Positions 9,698 through 26,350 of a DNA stretch of 64,000 nt are shown here, piece by piece. The stretch covers positions 62,001-126,000 of the forward strand of contig NIVC01002525.1 of NCBI GenBank assembly GCA_002269645.1, written 5' to 3'. The stretch comes from Macrostomum lignano (taxonomy: Eukaryota). Position numbers and translations under genes: made by a program. The stretch's first letter is position 1, and every line of letters begins with the position of its first letter. The notes beneath the pieces are model-generated. The model searched no databases. It saw only the letters and a program-made list of their open reading frames with translations, and was not told where the DNA came from.

Positions 9698-11620
9698 TGT
9701 TGCTCTGAAGGATTTCTTTTTGACTAGAAAGCACACGCGGCAGCAAGGCAAGGTGTAGTGTCGTGATACGTGTTTGACCTATTTTGAACCATTAGGAAAT
9801 ACTAGAGTTTTCAAAACTCCAATCCTGCGCACTAGCTACTGCTGTCTCGTTTCGTGCCCACTCTCTCTTTTGCAAGACCAGTTAAATGAGAAACGTGCCA
9901 AACACTACTCGAGACCCGTGCGACCCTTCTGCACCCGAATATGCTTTGTCCAAGCAACTCTAATTGCTCCAGCGTTCTACTTCACCCCTATTTTGATTAG
10001 AGCGCATTCAGTCATGTGGCGAACGACTGTCTGCTTTTGGTATATTGTAGTCTATTCTCAGATTTTTCATTGGTCAGACAGAGACAATGCATCCAACGTT
10101 TAGGCTAAATCTTTTCTTACGCCAGTAGTAGGGCACTGCGTATCACAGTGGGGCGCCATATGCTTTACAATTTATGACTCTCGCATGGTTTTTTCTGCTG
10201 CAGAATGGAATCCACAGCCATGTATACTACGAGTAGAGCCAGACCGCACTAAATGCTCAGTAGGTATGGACAGTTAGTAATTTACAACAACAAAGTAAAA
10301 AATACGCGGTCAGCGTCACAGGGCGCTTTCAGGGCCAGGGCGCGAACGAACGCCACGCCGCCGACCGAATCTGGGGCGCCGGCGTCAGCTAGCAGGCAGT
10401 CGATGAAACGCCGAGTGCCGGTAGGGGGCCTGCAGCGTCCCTACAGCGGCGCAACAGGTCGCTTGGACAAACCAGCCCGGCGCGGTGATACAAAGCCGCG
10501 TACGTTGGTCACTCATTCGTAGCCGATCTTGAAGGCGCCTCACAGCAGGCCAGCATGCGCCACGTCAACTTGTTGCTCGAGCGGCTCCGTCAAGAAACTG
10601 TCTCCGTCGAGACTCGAGCAGTCTCGACCACCGCCTGGAACAACGCCGCCTTCTGGCAGTCAGGTAGGGCCTTGGACTGCAGGACAATTAGTAATTTAGC
10701 TAGTGCGCATAGCATGCTCTAGACTTTATGACGCAGCATAAGGGTATCAACGTTGACACATGAACGACACTCGGCTCGACGTACGTAATCATGGTTCTTC
10801 TCGTTCAGTTTAAAGAGATCATACAGCAGCTGGCTACTCACCGCGGTGTTTTGCTGGGCTGCAGTAGCACTATGAACTGGTTTTGAAACGCCGAGTGAGC
10901 ATCATCTCCGATGACAAATTCAAGGTCGAATTCAATGCCTATGGTCAAAGTGCGTAATTTTCACGGGGTAGGAGGTGCGGTCCAGCGCTATGAGTCTAGA
11001 CAGGAAGGGAAACTGTATAAAAAGCGAGTCAAATTTGACCACTCGACTGGTAAGAACCTTTAGAACCTTAGATCCTACTCTATATTCTCTAGATGGGCCA
11101 CTCAGCTATAGGGACTGTGGGGAAGATCGCGACTACGAAAATATTATTTTGCCAGTGAAAACGCCGACTTTTATGAAGCAAAACTTTTATTCGGTAGTTT
11201 TTGGAACACAGATTTTATTTTATGCTCAAGGCACTGGTAAGATGGCATGGAATTTTAATTAGACTACAAGTGCGGAGGCGAGGGTCGCCCATTCCGCTAC
11301 TCATTGGACAACAACGCAACGCTTGATGCAGCCGTTGCCTCACTTGTCTCTTTCATGAACAAAACAAAGGAACGAAGAGCGTTCACAACTACTGAAAAGA
11401 TTTTAATGTCACGGATTTTTTATCACTGCTGCTGCGCTGGACTCTATGACTTTGCTTATATTCTTGAGAATATCTAGAGAATATAGGATCTATGGTAGAG
11501 CGAACTGTTTTTCATATTGTTCCTTTTGTCTAGGCAGCAATTTTATTGTTTACTGGCTATACGGTTGTTGCTTTTGGCTGTAAACTATTACAATTATTGC
11601 CCGGTAATTCTTGCATTAGA

Positions 11621-12171
11621 CCATAGACAAAAGGTAGCAATACTCAATACAGATTGCGCAATCCCAACCATAGACAAACGGAAACAATTCTCAATACAGA
11701 TTGCGCTACCCCAACCATAGACAAACGGAAACAATTCTCAATACAGACTGCGCTACCCCAACCATAGACAAACGGAAACAATTCTCAATACAGACTGCGC
11801 TACCCCAACCATAGACAAACGGAAACAATTCTCAATACAGACTGCGCTACCCCAACCATAGACAAACGGAAACAATTCTCAATACAGACTGCGCTACCCC
11901 AACCATAGACAAACGGAAACAATTCTCAATACAGACTGCGCTACCCCAACCATAGACAAACGGAAACAATTCTCAATACAGACTGCGCTACCCCAACCAT
12001 AGACAAACGGAAACAATTCTCAATACAGACTGCGCTACCCCAACCAGTAGACAAACGGAAACAATTCTCAATACAGACTGCGCTACCCCAACCATAGACA
12101 AACGGAAACAATTCTCAATACAAACTGCGCTATCCCAACCATAGGCAAAAGGAAACAATACTTAAATACAG
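11621..12171. repeat. 47-bp minisatellite, ~11-12 copies
   Basis: Unit catagacaaacggaaacaattctcaatacagactgcgctaccccaac. Confidence 0.97.
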
Positions 12172-12712
12172 AATACTGAGGGAATGTGAAGATTGCATGA
12201 ATATCACAATTGAGGTTAATTGGCTTTTGGAAGATTTTTTAAAGCCCAAATGCTTACGATCCAGCTACAATACATTATGCGTTGGAACTAAAATTTCAGA
12301 GTTAGCTAGGTGTGTCACTTAAAGTCAGAATATGGCATTCCACATATATGGCATCCAGGTGGCAAGAACATATTCCTCATGCACAGTCGCTGTCATTTGT
12401 GAGGCATCATTTTTAACCGACAATAAGGCACATCAGACACAAAGTAGTGTATTATGTGTCGTTACTTTTCTTTTGTTTGTTCAAAATATAATTATCCTTG
12501 TCACAGAACCAAACAGACTTTGTTCGAAAGTCATTTCAGGCAACAAAAAGTTTCAGTTAGAAAAAAGAATGCACTAGCCAATCATGCTACTAAATTTTAA
12601 TTTGATGTAAAGTTTTGAGAACTAATTGAGACAAAATATGAATGCACCTTGGTTCTTGCTTTCTGAACAAAAATTATTCGCTTTTTCAAGTATACATATT
12701 ATGTAAGTTTTG

Positions 12713-16768
<4,056 letters not shown>

Positions 16769-17527
16769 CGAAATTATTTTTAAGCAAAAAAGCTATAGGT
16801 ACCACTATTTAGTTCCAATTTAGCACTTGCTATTTATGTCTGCTTCTTTTGTTTGTCTCAGCCCCGTAGGCATGTACTGTATAAGAGTGCGGCCATTGTC
16901 CTCTAAACTTGAACAATGATGGGATTGGTCGTTGAAAATTTCAGTATTTGCCCACGCCTAGATGTAGTGCAAATTTTAACGCCTAAAGTGCTTCACTTTG
17001 TGTCAATTCTAACAAATTGCTGCACCTTCTCTGTCACTACGCGCCCCGTCACGGCAATTCCCCCGTTTATTCGTGTGCCTTGCGCGTGTTTTCAGCATGT
17101 GTTTCTTCAAATTATACAGGAGCAACTCAAACACATGTAGTGCAGTGGTTTCCACACAGACAATAAAGTGAATAAAAAACTTAATTGCGAGCATTTTTTC
17201 TCAGGTCAGTATGAATTAAATGTGTTAAAACTCGTGAGCAAATGCTCACGCGTCTTCTCTGCGGGTTTGTCCTTCGAACTTGAGAAAATTCTGGTTTTAC
17301 TGTGTAAATAATCCAGTCAGTAGGAATAAAACTCGGTCATAGGACTAAACTGCTGGGACCAATTTCATGAAGCACTGCTAAACCAAAGTAAGTTGGCAAG
17401 TTTTGGTTTCATGTCTGTGGATTTGTGCCATGGACAAAAATCTATGCGGCAAGAACATGGGCCCTCTCAAGGCGAGAAGGCTCGAATTTATGGAATATGA
17501 AGCGGCTTTTCGTCACTTTGTATTAAA

Positions 17528-18964
17528 ATGACGTCCATCGATCAGAAAAAAAAACTTTTTCTGTCCGTGATGGGAGCTTGCAAGTCAATACCGTATGGTA
17601 GTTTGGCAGACGTTTCTGAGGCAAAGAGAAAGAAAAGAAAGGCGTGGGAGAAGATTAGAGCTGCCATAAAGTCCAATGGACTGAGCAAGTCTGTTGAGCA
17701 TACCTGCGAGACATGGAAAAATAGTCGGCTGACATCCATAAAGAAAATTGACGCTCAGAAGTTAGGCTTTTTTTCCTTTGCGATCCTGCAGTTTCTGCCA
17801 AAAACAAAAATTTTCCGGTTAGAAGAAGGAGGCTTCGAAATGAAACCAATAAGACTCAGGGTTGAACCAATAAGACTCAGGGTGGAACCAATAAGACTCA
17901 GGGTGGAACTAGTAAGACTCAGGGTGGAACTAGTAAGACTCAGGGTGGAACTAGTAAGACTCAGGGTGGAACTAGTAAGACTCAGGGTGGAACTAGTAAG
18001 ACTCAGGGTGGAACTAGTAAGACTCAGGGTGGAACTAGTAAGACTCAGGATAGAGCCAATAAGACTCAGGGTGGAACCAATAAGACTCAGGATAGAGCCA
18101 ATAAGACTCAGGGTGGAACCAATAAGACTCAGGGTGGAACCAATAAGACTCAGGGTGGAACCAATAAGACTCAGGGTGGAACCAATAAGACTCAGGGTGG
18201 AACCAATAAGACTCAGGGTGGAACTAGTAAGACTCAGGGTGGAACTAGTAAGACTCAGGGTGGAACTAGTAAGACTCAGGGTGGAACTAGTAAGACTCAG
18301 GATAGAGCCAATAAGACTCAGGGTGGAACCAATAAGACTCAGGGTGGAACTAGTAAGACTCAGGATAGAGCCAATAAGACTCAGGGTGGAACCAATAAGA
18401 CTCAGGATAGAGCCAATAAGACTCAGGGTGGAACCAATAAGACTCAGGGTGGAACCAATAAGACTCAGGGTGGAACCAATAAGACTCAGGGTGGATCTAG
18501 TAAGACTCAGGGTGGAACCAACAAGACTCAGGGTGGAACCAATAAGACTCAGGGTGGAACTAGTAAGACTCAGGGTGAAACCAATAAGACTCAGGGTGGA
18601 ACCAATAAGACTCAGGGTGGAAGCAATAAGACTCAGGGTGGAACCAATAAGACTCAGGGTGGAACTAGTAAGACTCAGGGTGGAACTAGTAAGACTCAGG
18701 GTGGAACCAATAAGACTCAGGGTGGAACTAGTAAGACTCAGAGTGGAACTAGTAAGACTCAGGGAGAAACCAATAAGACTCAGGGAGAAACCAATAAGAC
18801 TCAGAGTGGAACTAGTAAGACTCAGGGTGGAACTAGTAAGACTCAGGGTGAAACCAACAAGACTCAGAGTGGAACTAGTAAGTCTCAGGGTGGAACCAGT
18901 TCGCATCAGGGTGTCCAAGTGCCACCTGCTGAAGGTCCAGAAGCTCCGCCTGGGTGAAGGCTAG
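17528..18964 (+). CDS. Myb/SANT-like DNA-binding domain ORF (Harbinger-type Myb) running into a 21-bp array; probably a relic
   Basis: The N-terminal segment KRKKRKAWEKIRAAIKSNGLSKSVEHTCETWKNSRLTSIKK fits the K..K..AWE.I...N.....R.....KK.W.N.K pattern of MSANTD/Myb_DNA-bind_5. The rest of the ORF is repeat-derived. No partner transposase or TIRs found. Confidence 0.5.
   Translation: MTSIDQKKKLFLSVMGACKSIPYGSLADVSEAKRKKRKAWEKIRAAIKSNGLSKSVEHTCETWKNSRLTSIKKIDAQKLGFFSFAILQFLPKTKIFRLEEGGFEMKPIRLRVEPIRLRVEPIRLRVELVRLRVELVRLRVELVRLRVELVRLRVELVRLRVELVRLRVELVRLRIEPIRLRVEPIRLRIEPIRLRVEPIRLRVEPIRLRVEPIRLRVEPIRLRVEPIRLRVELVRLRVELVRLRVELVRLRVELVRLRIEPIRLRVEPIRLRVELVRLRIEPIRLRVEPIRLRIEPIRLRVEPIRLRVEPIRLRVEPIRLRVDLVRLRVEPTRLRVEPIRLRVELVRLRVKPIRLRVEPIRLRVEAIRLRVEPIRLRVELVRLRVELVRLRVEPIRLRVELVRLRVELVRLREKPIRLREKPIRLRVELVRLRVELVRLRVKPTRLRVELVSLRVEPVRIRVSKCHLLKVQKLRLGEG
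17842..18900. repeat. 21-bp minisatellite, ~50 copies, with variant units
   Basis: Units agactcagggtggaaccaata, agactcagggtggaactagta and agactcaggatagagccaata. Confidence 0.97.
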
Positions 18965-20011
18965 TGACCAACGAAGCCAGATCTGATGCAGGCGCATGTG
19001 ATCGACGTGCTGATGAAATTTGGAGGCTTGGCAAGGCTGCACTGAGGCGCGGTGCTGATTGGCGCACAGGGGTTGTACTGAATACACTGGCGCTATGGGA
19101 AAAATCCGACATTCAGGCAGAATCGTTGAATATCTCGACGGTCCGGAGGGCTGGCGACTTGATTCTTGTTTGAGAAGGTGCGCAACAAAAAGTTTTTGCT
19201 GCCCGTGTTCTTGAATTTCGTGTGCCTGCGCTGCTCCGTTCTGGCGCAGCAAACGAAATTGTCCCCCGGCCCCCTTGGTAGTTTGACGGGCGGAAAATGG
19301 CTGGGTACTCCCACTGTTGATGAAGGCAAGAACACAGAGCAAGGCGGTCAGAAACAGGTCCAGCCTCACCAGATACACGCATCCGTCATCAGCACCCGCA
19401 GCCTCCCAATTCGCCAGGGCTCCAGCGGGCGCCCGCGACACCTCGTTGACGTCCGTGTCGACCCGTTTTTGAACTCCAGCAACCCGAGCCAGCAGCCCAT
19501 TGGTGGGGTCCTGGACAGCCTTCAGCCCAGTCTCCGTCACCCGCATGTGCCAGCTCCATCAGCCCGTTGCCCCCATCTTCGCTACTTCATGCAGGCACCT
19601 CTGCTTGCGGAGAGCCCAGCAGGGGAGTTGCTGAGGCAGCGCAACGGCTTCCTCATTTGGGAAAATTTTCAATTTCTGAGATGGCCATATGGGGCTGATG
19701 GCTTGGACAGCTGCTGGTAGGGGCGATTTCACTCCTGCCTACCCGCGGCACTCGCAGCCGCATCCCAACAGTTTCGCACCTCCGCGCCACCAGCATGCGG
19801 AGCGGCGACTCGCCTCCCCCATTTGTCAAATCTCGCTATTCATCAAGAGCGGCTGAGGTGGCTGCAGCCTGAGTTGACGGCTTGGACAGCAGCTGGTTGC
19901 TAGGGGCGATTTAGTTCAACAACGGGAGCAGAATAAATTTTACTGCATGCAGGATTTCTGCCGCTGCCTCATCTCGAGCTCTCGAATTCGCAATATCGCA
20001 CTGCAGCCAGC

Positions 20012-21037
20012 GTGGCAACCAGCTTCATCGCTACTCCAGTCTCCGTTCTGCTCACAGCGGCATGCCTGGCCCAAATGGTCCACTACGAAAGCCTACCAGG
20101 CTACTGGCACCGCCTGAGCAGCCCGCAATGTCTGCCTGAGAATCTGACCGTTCGAGCTGCCCAGATTCCGAGAGGCATCATCGAGTGCCTCGACTACGGC
20201 GCCTCGAGCGGCCTGCAGGTGGCCCAGTTCGACTCGGACACCGGCCAGTGCTCGCTCTTTCTCGCTCTACCTCTTCGATGGACTCGCTGCTGCAGATAGC
20301 TCGCTGCCCGGCCGCTGTGCCGCATTCGCCAATGCCAAAGCTGCCGGCTTCATCACCTTGAGCAAGAAGCTGGGCGTCAAGCTGAGGGCCTCCTGGGTGA
20401 TGAGCGACGATGCGGACGCCAGCAGGAGCAACTTGGTGTGCATCCAGACGCAGCAGTGGATGTCGGAGAATGTGGAGTGGAGCAGCGAGGGAGCCAAGCT
20501 TGACGGAGTGTCGTCCAAGATGTGGCTGGAGAACGTGGAGTTCGCCAGCGTGCAGCAGGGACTCACGTGGCTGGTCAGACTCAAGCGAACTGTCCGAGTG
20601 AAGGCAGCGCTGCTCGAATCCTACAACTGCGATATTTTGGCGGATGGGGCCTGTACTTCACCAGGGTGGCTCCATCTTACTTTGACAACTACCTGCCTCC
20701 CGCCTGGAACTCGTTTGACCCTAATGGATTCGTTGAGGTCGGCGTCACTTCGGCCTCTCCTTTAAGCCACGACTTCTTCTCCAACTCCGGGTTTGTGCCG
20801 AGGTCTGCTGCGGAGCGAGCTTCCCGGACTGCCGCTACCGTGCCGACATGTCGCTGCATCCGCTTGGGCTTTCGACATGGCGACTCGCGAATGCTGAACG
20901 GCACGGTGCAGGCGGTGGCCATCATGAACGACACGATGACGGAGGCTGAGATCCGCAGCTTCTTCGATTTGATGCGGTCACCCTCAGCTGGCCTCAGCTG
21001 CCTTCGCTATCGCTGCACCTTTTGCACCTCAACGTAA
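20012..21037 (+). pseudogene. Frameshifted secreted-type protein with PAN/apple-like and LamG/concanavalin-like domains
   Basis: Three overlapping ORFs join into ...IECLDYGASSG..QFDSDTGQCSL/YLFDG...TWLVRLKRTVRVKAALLESY/GGWGLYFT...IRLGFRHGDSRMLNGTVQAVAIMNDTMTEAEIRSFF. Frameshifts near 20258-20268 and near 20625-20640; no in-frame ATG. Confidence 0.6.
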
Positions 21038-21951
21038 TGAACGAAATGCTTTTACTCAAAGATCTTATAATTCAAGCTGAAATTTTCCGCGCCCACTAAA
21101 GCTGAGCTAAAGCCTTAAAAACTGAAGTTTTTATTTGAGCAATGTATGAGCTGTTGTTAAAAATACAAAAAATATTGGAATCAGACAAATACTACATGTC
21201 AAGGCTCATGGGGGAAGTACTGAAATTCTTGGGCTCAGTAGTGGAAATGGATGACACGTCAAGTTTCATTTGGGGAATCGCTGAAATGCTGTGGCTGCCG
21301 CATTGCTGAGCATTTCGGGGAATCGCTGAGATGTCAAGGCTCATACGAGTTGCTCAGATGCTTTGAGCCAAAGCTAATACGAGTAGAGGATCTGCACGAT
21401 ATCTTAGGTGAGATAGCTGGCTTTCAGGCGAATGCTTTTTTTGCTTTTAAACTTCTTTCCCTTAAGAAATGAACAATAGTGGCTGTACAAAGTCAAAACG
21501 CACGTAGTTTGTTCAATTTTTGTCTTCCTCTGTGGCCGCCATAACGGGGGGCGCAGGTTGCTATTTTTCTAGCACTTATTCTCAGCAGACGACGCCAACA
21601 TTGCCACTTATCTCTCCAGTTTTTTAACTTGTCGGAAATTCTTACGGAGTCTCCTGCAACTCCTTCTCGTGCTATTCCAATTATAAGTTGCTATACAGTA
21701 TTTGCATTTCAGTTTTTCCACTCGAATCAGTATCTACTAATGGCTTGTTTGCAAAGGTAGCAGCTGTAGAGTAGGCATTGCAATTATTTGGCCCAGGCGT
21801 TTCCGTGAATAAAAGTCGTTGAAATTTTAGCGAGTAGCAACGAAGCTTAGGCGATAGACGAACGATCTTTGTTAGAACGTTGAGTGACATAGAAGAGCTT
21901 AGAGAGCAGTTTCCATTTTTAGCGAATTCCACAATTCCGAAAGAACATTTG

Positions 21952-22831
21952 ATGATCAGGTGCAAAAAGCCCCTATTTCTCCTCCTGCTGCTGCCAACTC
22001 TGATTAAGTGCAGCGTGGCAGGCGACTTAATAAGCGTCCGAGTTCAAGACAGCTTCAACCTCTCGGCCTACTTTGGCTCCTACACCCTCTGCGAGGCCGT
22101 CAAACTGTGCCACGACATGGGCCAGGGAATCCTGAGTAGAGACGCTCTGAGTGCCATCAGGGCTGGCTCCGAGTTCAGAGATGCCGTCGGCAATGGACAC
22201 AATTGGTGGATCGGACTGGTCGATGCTTTGAACGAAAGAAACACATCGCGAGACGGTTGGATGTGGATTGAAGACGGCACTTACACAAACGCGACCGAAG
22301 GAGGTGCGGAATTCTTACTTTAACCAATGCTTATATGATATTATCTGTAGTGTTAAAATATCCTGAAACGCTTTTAACGCCTCGTTTTTAGACCCGATTT
22401 TCTTTAGCAAAGAGCCAGACAACAGAAAAGGCTCAAACGGAGAAGATTGTGCCGCTATAGACAGCTCTTACATTTACGCCTTTGACGACATCTGCGTTAG
22501 CAAGTACAACGCCCTCTGCTACACCTCGGACGGTGACACAGTACCACCTGCTTTGATCTCGGGCTCAATTTTCGTCTCCTTCACTAAAGCGTTAATTCTG
22601 ACGTACAGTCAGCTGGATCCCGGATGCTCGATTGACGTCTCATTACCGAACATGACGCTGTTGGCTTGCCTCGGAAAATGCCTGGCCATTCCTCACTCGG
22701 ACTGCGTCGGACTCTACTGGAACTCGGCGAGGCGGCAGTGCATCCTGCTGCCGTACTTTGACGCGGCTGTGCAGCTGGACTACGGCACCAACGAGGAGAA
22801 ACTGCTGTGGGAGAAGTTTCTCAAGAAGTGA
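21952..22831 (+). CDS. Secreted C-type lectin with C-terminal PAN/apple-like domain, 2 exons (21952-22303, 22392-22831), ~263 aa
   Basis: Signal peptide MIRCKKPLFLLLLLPTLIKCSVAG; CTLD motifs EAVKLC, WWIGLVD, GWMWIEDG, EPDN, EDCAAI, FDDICVSKYNALC; then CLGKC...CVGLYWNSARRQCILL. Phase-1 GT-AG intron. Confidence 0.88.
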
Positions 22832-25329
22832 ATTTGATCGTAAGAATACCGAAAAGAATGTAGCCGTGGAAGGAAAAGATTGTGATACAACGAAACTTGA
22901 AGAGTGCGATATCCGAAATGTAAACTTACGATTAAGAAAAGTCTAAAGTGACAAAATTTAACAATAGCATGTCTATCAAAATCGCTTGAATCGAATAAAT
23001 ATGCATGTACAGGTCAATTTAATATTTATTAGTTGAGTCCCTCTGAAAAGTTTTGACCATATGCCAATTATGTCAAATCGGCAAAAATATTGTCACTTTA
23101 GCAAAAGCATTAATTTGATCCAATGCTTCAATTTCAAAGTATTGAAATTCAGCAGAAGCAATTTGAACCTTCAATGAAAATTTTGACTGTTCGAAGTTGA
23201 AAAATACATGTATACCGGTGAGCGCTAATTGTGACTCCGATTTTAACATCCTTAGAATCACTAGGCTGCACGATCGCAGCAGTAGAGTGTGTTAATTACG
23301 CTTGATTGATTGTGTACATACATGTATTCTATGAAGGAGATGATGTATTTTATGAAGGAGATGAAGGAGAGGTCCATGCAAGTAGCTTAAAGTTGCGCAT
23401 TTTGAGTTTTGCAGAAAACTTGTAACTTATTTAAGTTTGTGCGTATATTAAAAGTATATAACTAGATTGTGAGTAGTGAGCTTGGGACTCTGTTATAATA
23501 ATGACTCTCGAAAGGAAGGCAAAATATGTTCACACTCCGGTGTTACGGTTTATAATCTCCGGGGCTCCGGCCATTTTAAGTCGCCGATCTGGGGACTGCA
23601 AACGGGCTGTGATCTCTGACCGGAGACCTTGAGGAGTTTAGGATCGCCTTCGGAGACTACAAACGGTTATGGGTCTCCGCGATAGGAGATTCGTAACTAT
23701 TGTGGGATCTCCGGGGCATGGTCAGGTCTCCCCATCCGGAGATCCTAAACCAGATTCTGTTGTCCCCCCCCGGAGATTCTGCATCGTTTGCCGATCTCCG
23801 ATACAAGTGAAAAAAACTAAGGTTTGGTTTAGGATCTCTGGTACAGATCTCCCCGTTTTTATTGAGTCGGAAATTTTAATCTTATTACGAGCATTGTGTA
23901 TATATAGCTGGTAACTACGTATCGTGCAGAAAGTGCTGGGTTTTTAGGCAGATTTGACGCAAAAAACGCAAATTATACTACTATCTGAAAATGAAGTAAG
24001 TAGTATACGAAAACGCTATCCTAAGCGTGATATATGGCAATATGTAGTTGTAAGAATCCATGTGCTCATATATGTACATTAATTCCATGTACATTAATCC
24101 CTATCTATCCCAAATTGTCCATGTCTATACCCAATTCTATATGTACGCAGTATGTGCATTAATCCACATGTACAGTGTCATCCCCAGACGGCCAGCGCGC
24201 GCGCACCAAAATTACAACTCGAAACCCTACTGCAGTTGTACAATCTCATCCAAATGAGTCAACTAATTGTATAGCTCACATCGTAATGTATATTTCCAAT
24301 GTACATTCTCAGAGACAGATTTGAATAATACTGGTCGGAGTCTATATGTACATCGATAGCCTCTATACTCATATCCGCTACATACCCCAAAAATTAGGTT
24401 ATGTACATTTTCACCCTCGGAGAATGTAGATTTGAATATGCTGATAATTTATTCGAAATCACTTATAAAATACACATACTTTCATATAGAGGCGGGCCTG
24501 TACAAACTCTCGCCAAGCGATGGGGTGGAGGTTGCGTCATCCAAGTCTCTCCCAAGTCTGCCCCCCAAATACAAGACTGTTGAAGCAGTGCTTTATATTT
24601 CTATTGACAGTGGGTATGATACAAGAAGCTTCGTCGCGCTTTAATTACAGTAAACCATCCCCTCGAAGCTCCTATACTGAATGTTGAATCACCCTTTAAC
24701 TCGGACCATAGTCAAATTCAACCGTGTTCGAAAACAGCCACCCCTCCGATGTTCACCAGACTCGTCTTCACAGCGCAGACCCCATAGCAAAATCGAGCTA
24801 AATTTTAACACTCGCCCCTGTTCTCTCTGTCCCCCTTCTAAATGCCAAGGAATTTCGACCCTCTCTCCATTTTCAGTGTACAGACAGATCTTTCCACAGC
24901 ACAGACCCTATATTAAACTTCATTCAGCAAAACCCCTCTCTTCTCCGATTACGTCATCCATGCCGCCCCAGATAGCAAGAAACCAACTTTTAATGCACAC
25001 ATCAACCCCACGAATCTGAGCAAATCCGAGTCCGCCAACCTCTACCTGCATTGACAAACCCCAGCTGCATTTGTAAATGTACACAGCCTATGAATCAGTG
25101 TCTCCACCGCATGCAATTCTGATTTACTTGATTCTGAAATTTGTAAATAGTATAAGTCACCCTTGCGTTTACTAGAAGTAGTGAAGTCCACAAATTTAAA
25201 TACGCGAGGCTATTCAATTCTGCCTCTCCACCTCCCCAGCCTTCTCACTTCAAGCTTTCAGACTTGGTCTTTGAGACGGTTTAATCTGTTAGAAGCAGGA
25301 ATGAATCATGCACTGACCTCTCCACACAA

Positions 25330-26330
25330 AGTAAAGTTGGAATTTCAAACAAGAAATTTGGTTATTTTGAAAGCTAAATGACTAGAAATGCACATTTTTT
25401 TCATTAAAATGCAGCTTTTCACAGTTTTTTTTACGATTTTAACCTTAAAATGCAGACTTTGTTGATCAAAATCAGTGGTTTCATCACTAGAAACCATACT
25501 TTCAACAGCTAATTTGTCCAAATGTCGCTTTCAACTTGACCTTAGACAGCTTTTAAGCAGGAATGAACCCCACACAAACATCCACAAGCCAGCCCAAAAT
25601 CATCCAAAGACATGGCTATTGAAGCCTAAATTGCTAGAAATGAGCATTTTTTCCTAAGAAATGCAAATTTTCACAGTTTTACGCATTTTTACGTTAAAAT
25701 GCAGACTTTATTGATCAAAATCAGTAGTTTCATCACTAGAAACTATACTTTCAACAACTAATTTGTCCAAATATCGCTTTCAACTTGACCTTAGACAGCG
25801 TTTAAGCAGAAATGAACCCCCCACGAACATACACAAGCTAGCCCAAAATCATCCAAAGACATGGCTATTGAAGCTTAAATTGCTAGAAATGAGCATTTTT
25901 TCCTAAGAAATGCAAATTTTCACAGTTTTTACGCATTTTTTACGTTAAAATGCAGACTTTATTGATCAAAATCAGTAGTTTCATCACTAAAAACCACAAT
26001 TTTAACACAAAATTATCACAAATGCTACTTCTGGAACTCTGAGACAGCTTTGAGCAGGAATTATAATCGCACACGGATTACCCGAGCCAGTCCAATTTCC
26101 ACTAAAGCCATAGTTTTTTAAAGCTAATTCTTAGAATTTCTCATTCTTTCGTTTAATAAAGGCCAATTTTCACAGTTTTATTATTTTCTAACGTTAAAAT
26201 GCGAAATGCGAATTGATCAAACTTAGTAGTTTCATCCCAAAAGCCATAATTTCAACCGCTAATTTGTCCAAATGCTGATTTCAGAGTTGGCAAGAGACAG
26301 CTTTCGAGCAGGAATGAGTCACACACTGAT
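25330..26330 (+). repeat. ~250-bp tandem units inside the foldback arm (fifth unit at ~28090-28300; mirrored at ~38780-40030)
   Basis: aaaatgcagac-type anchor recurs at ~25447, 25696, 25947, 26196 and 28194. Confidence 0.85.
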
Positions 26331-26350
26331 CTCCATATGCACACCCCGGC

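Noticed and set aside
10253-10700. GC-rich coding-looking segment between the SVOP paralogs
   Set aside because: The frames I translated are short or interrupted by stops and show no recognisable motif; cannot support a call.
18930-18990. WSLAFTQAE resembling the Mab-21/cGAS-like WRLSFS.AE motif
   Set aside because: The other nucleotidyltransferase motifs are absent or out of order, and the His/Gln-rich composition suggests an antisense shadow frame.
24060-25657. Short ORFs duplicated at 39696-41302 as conserved genes
   Set aside because: They are identical only because they lie in the TIRs; no domain-like content.
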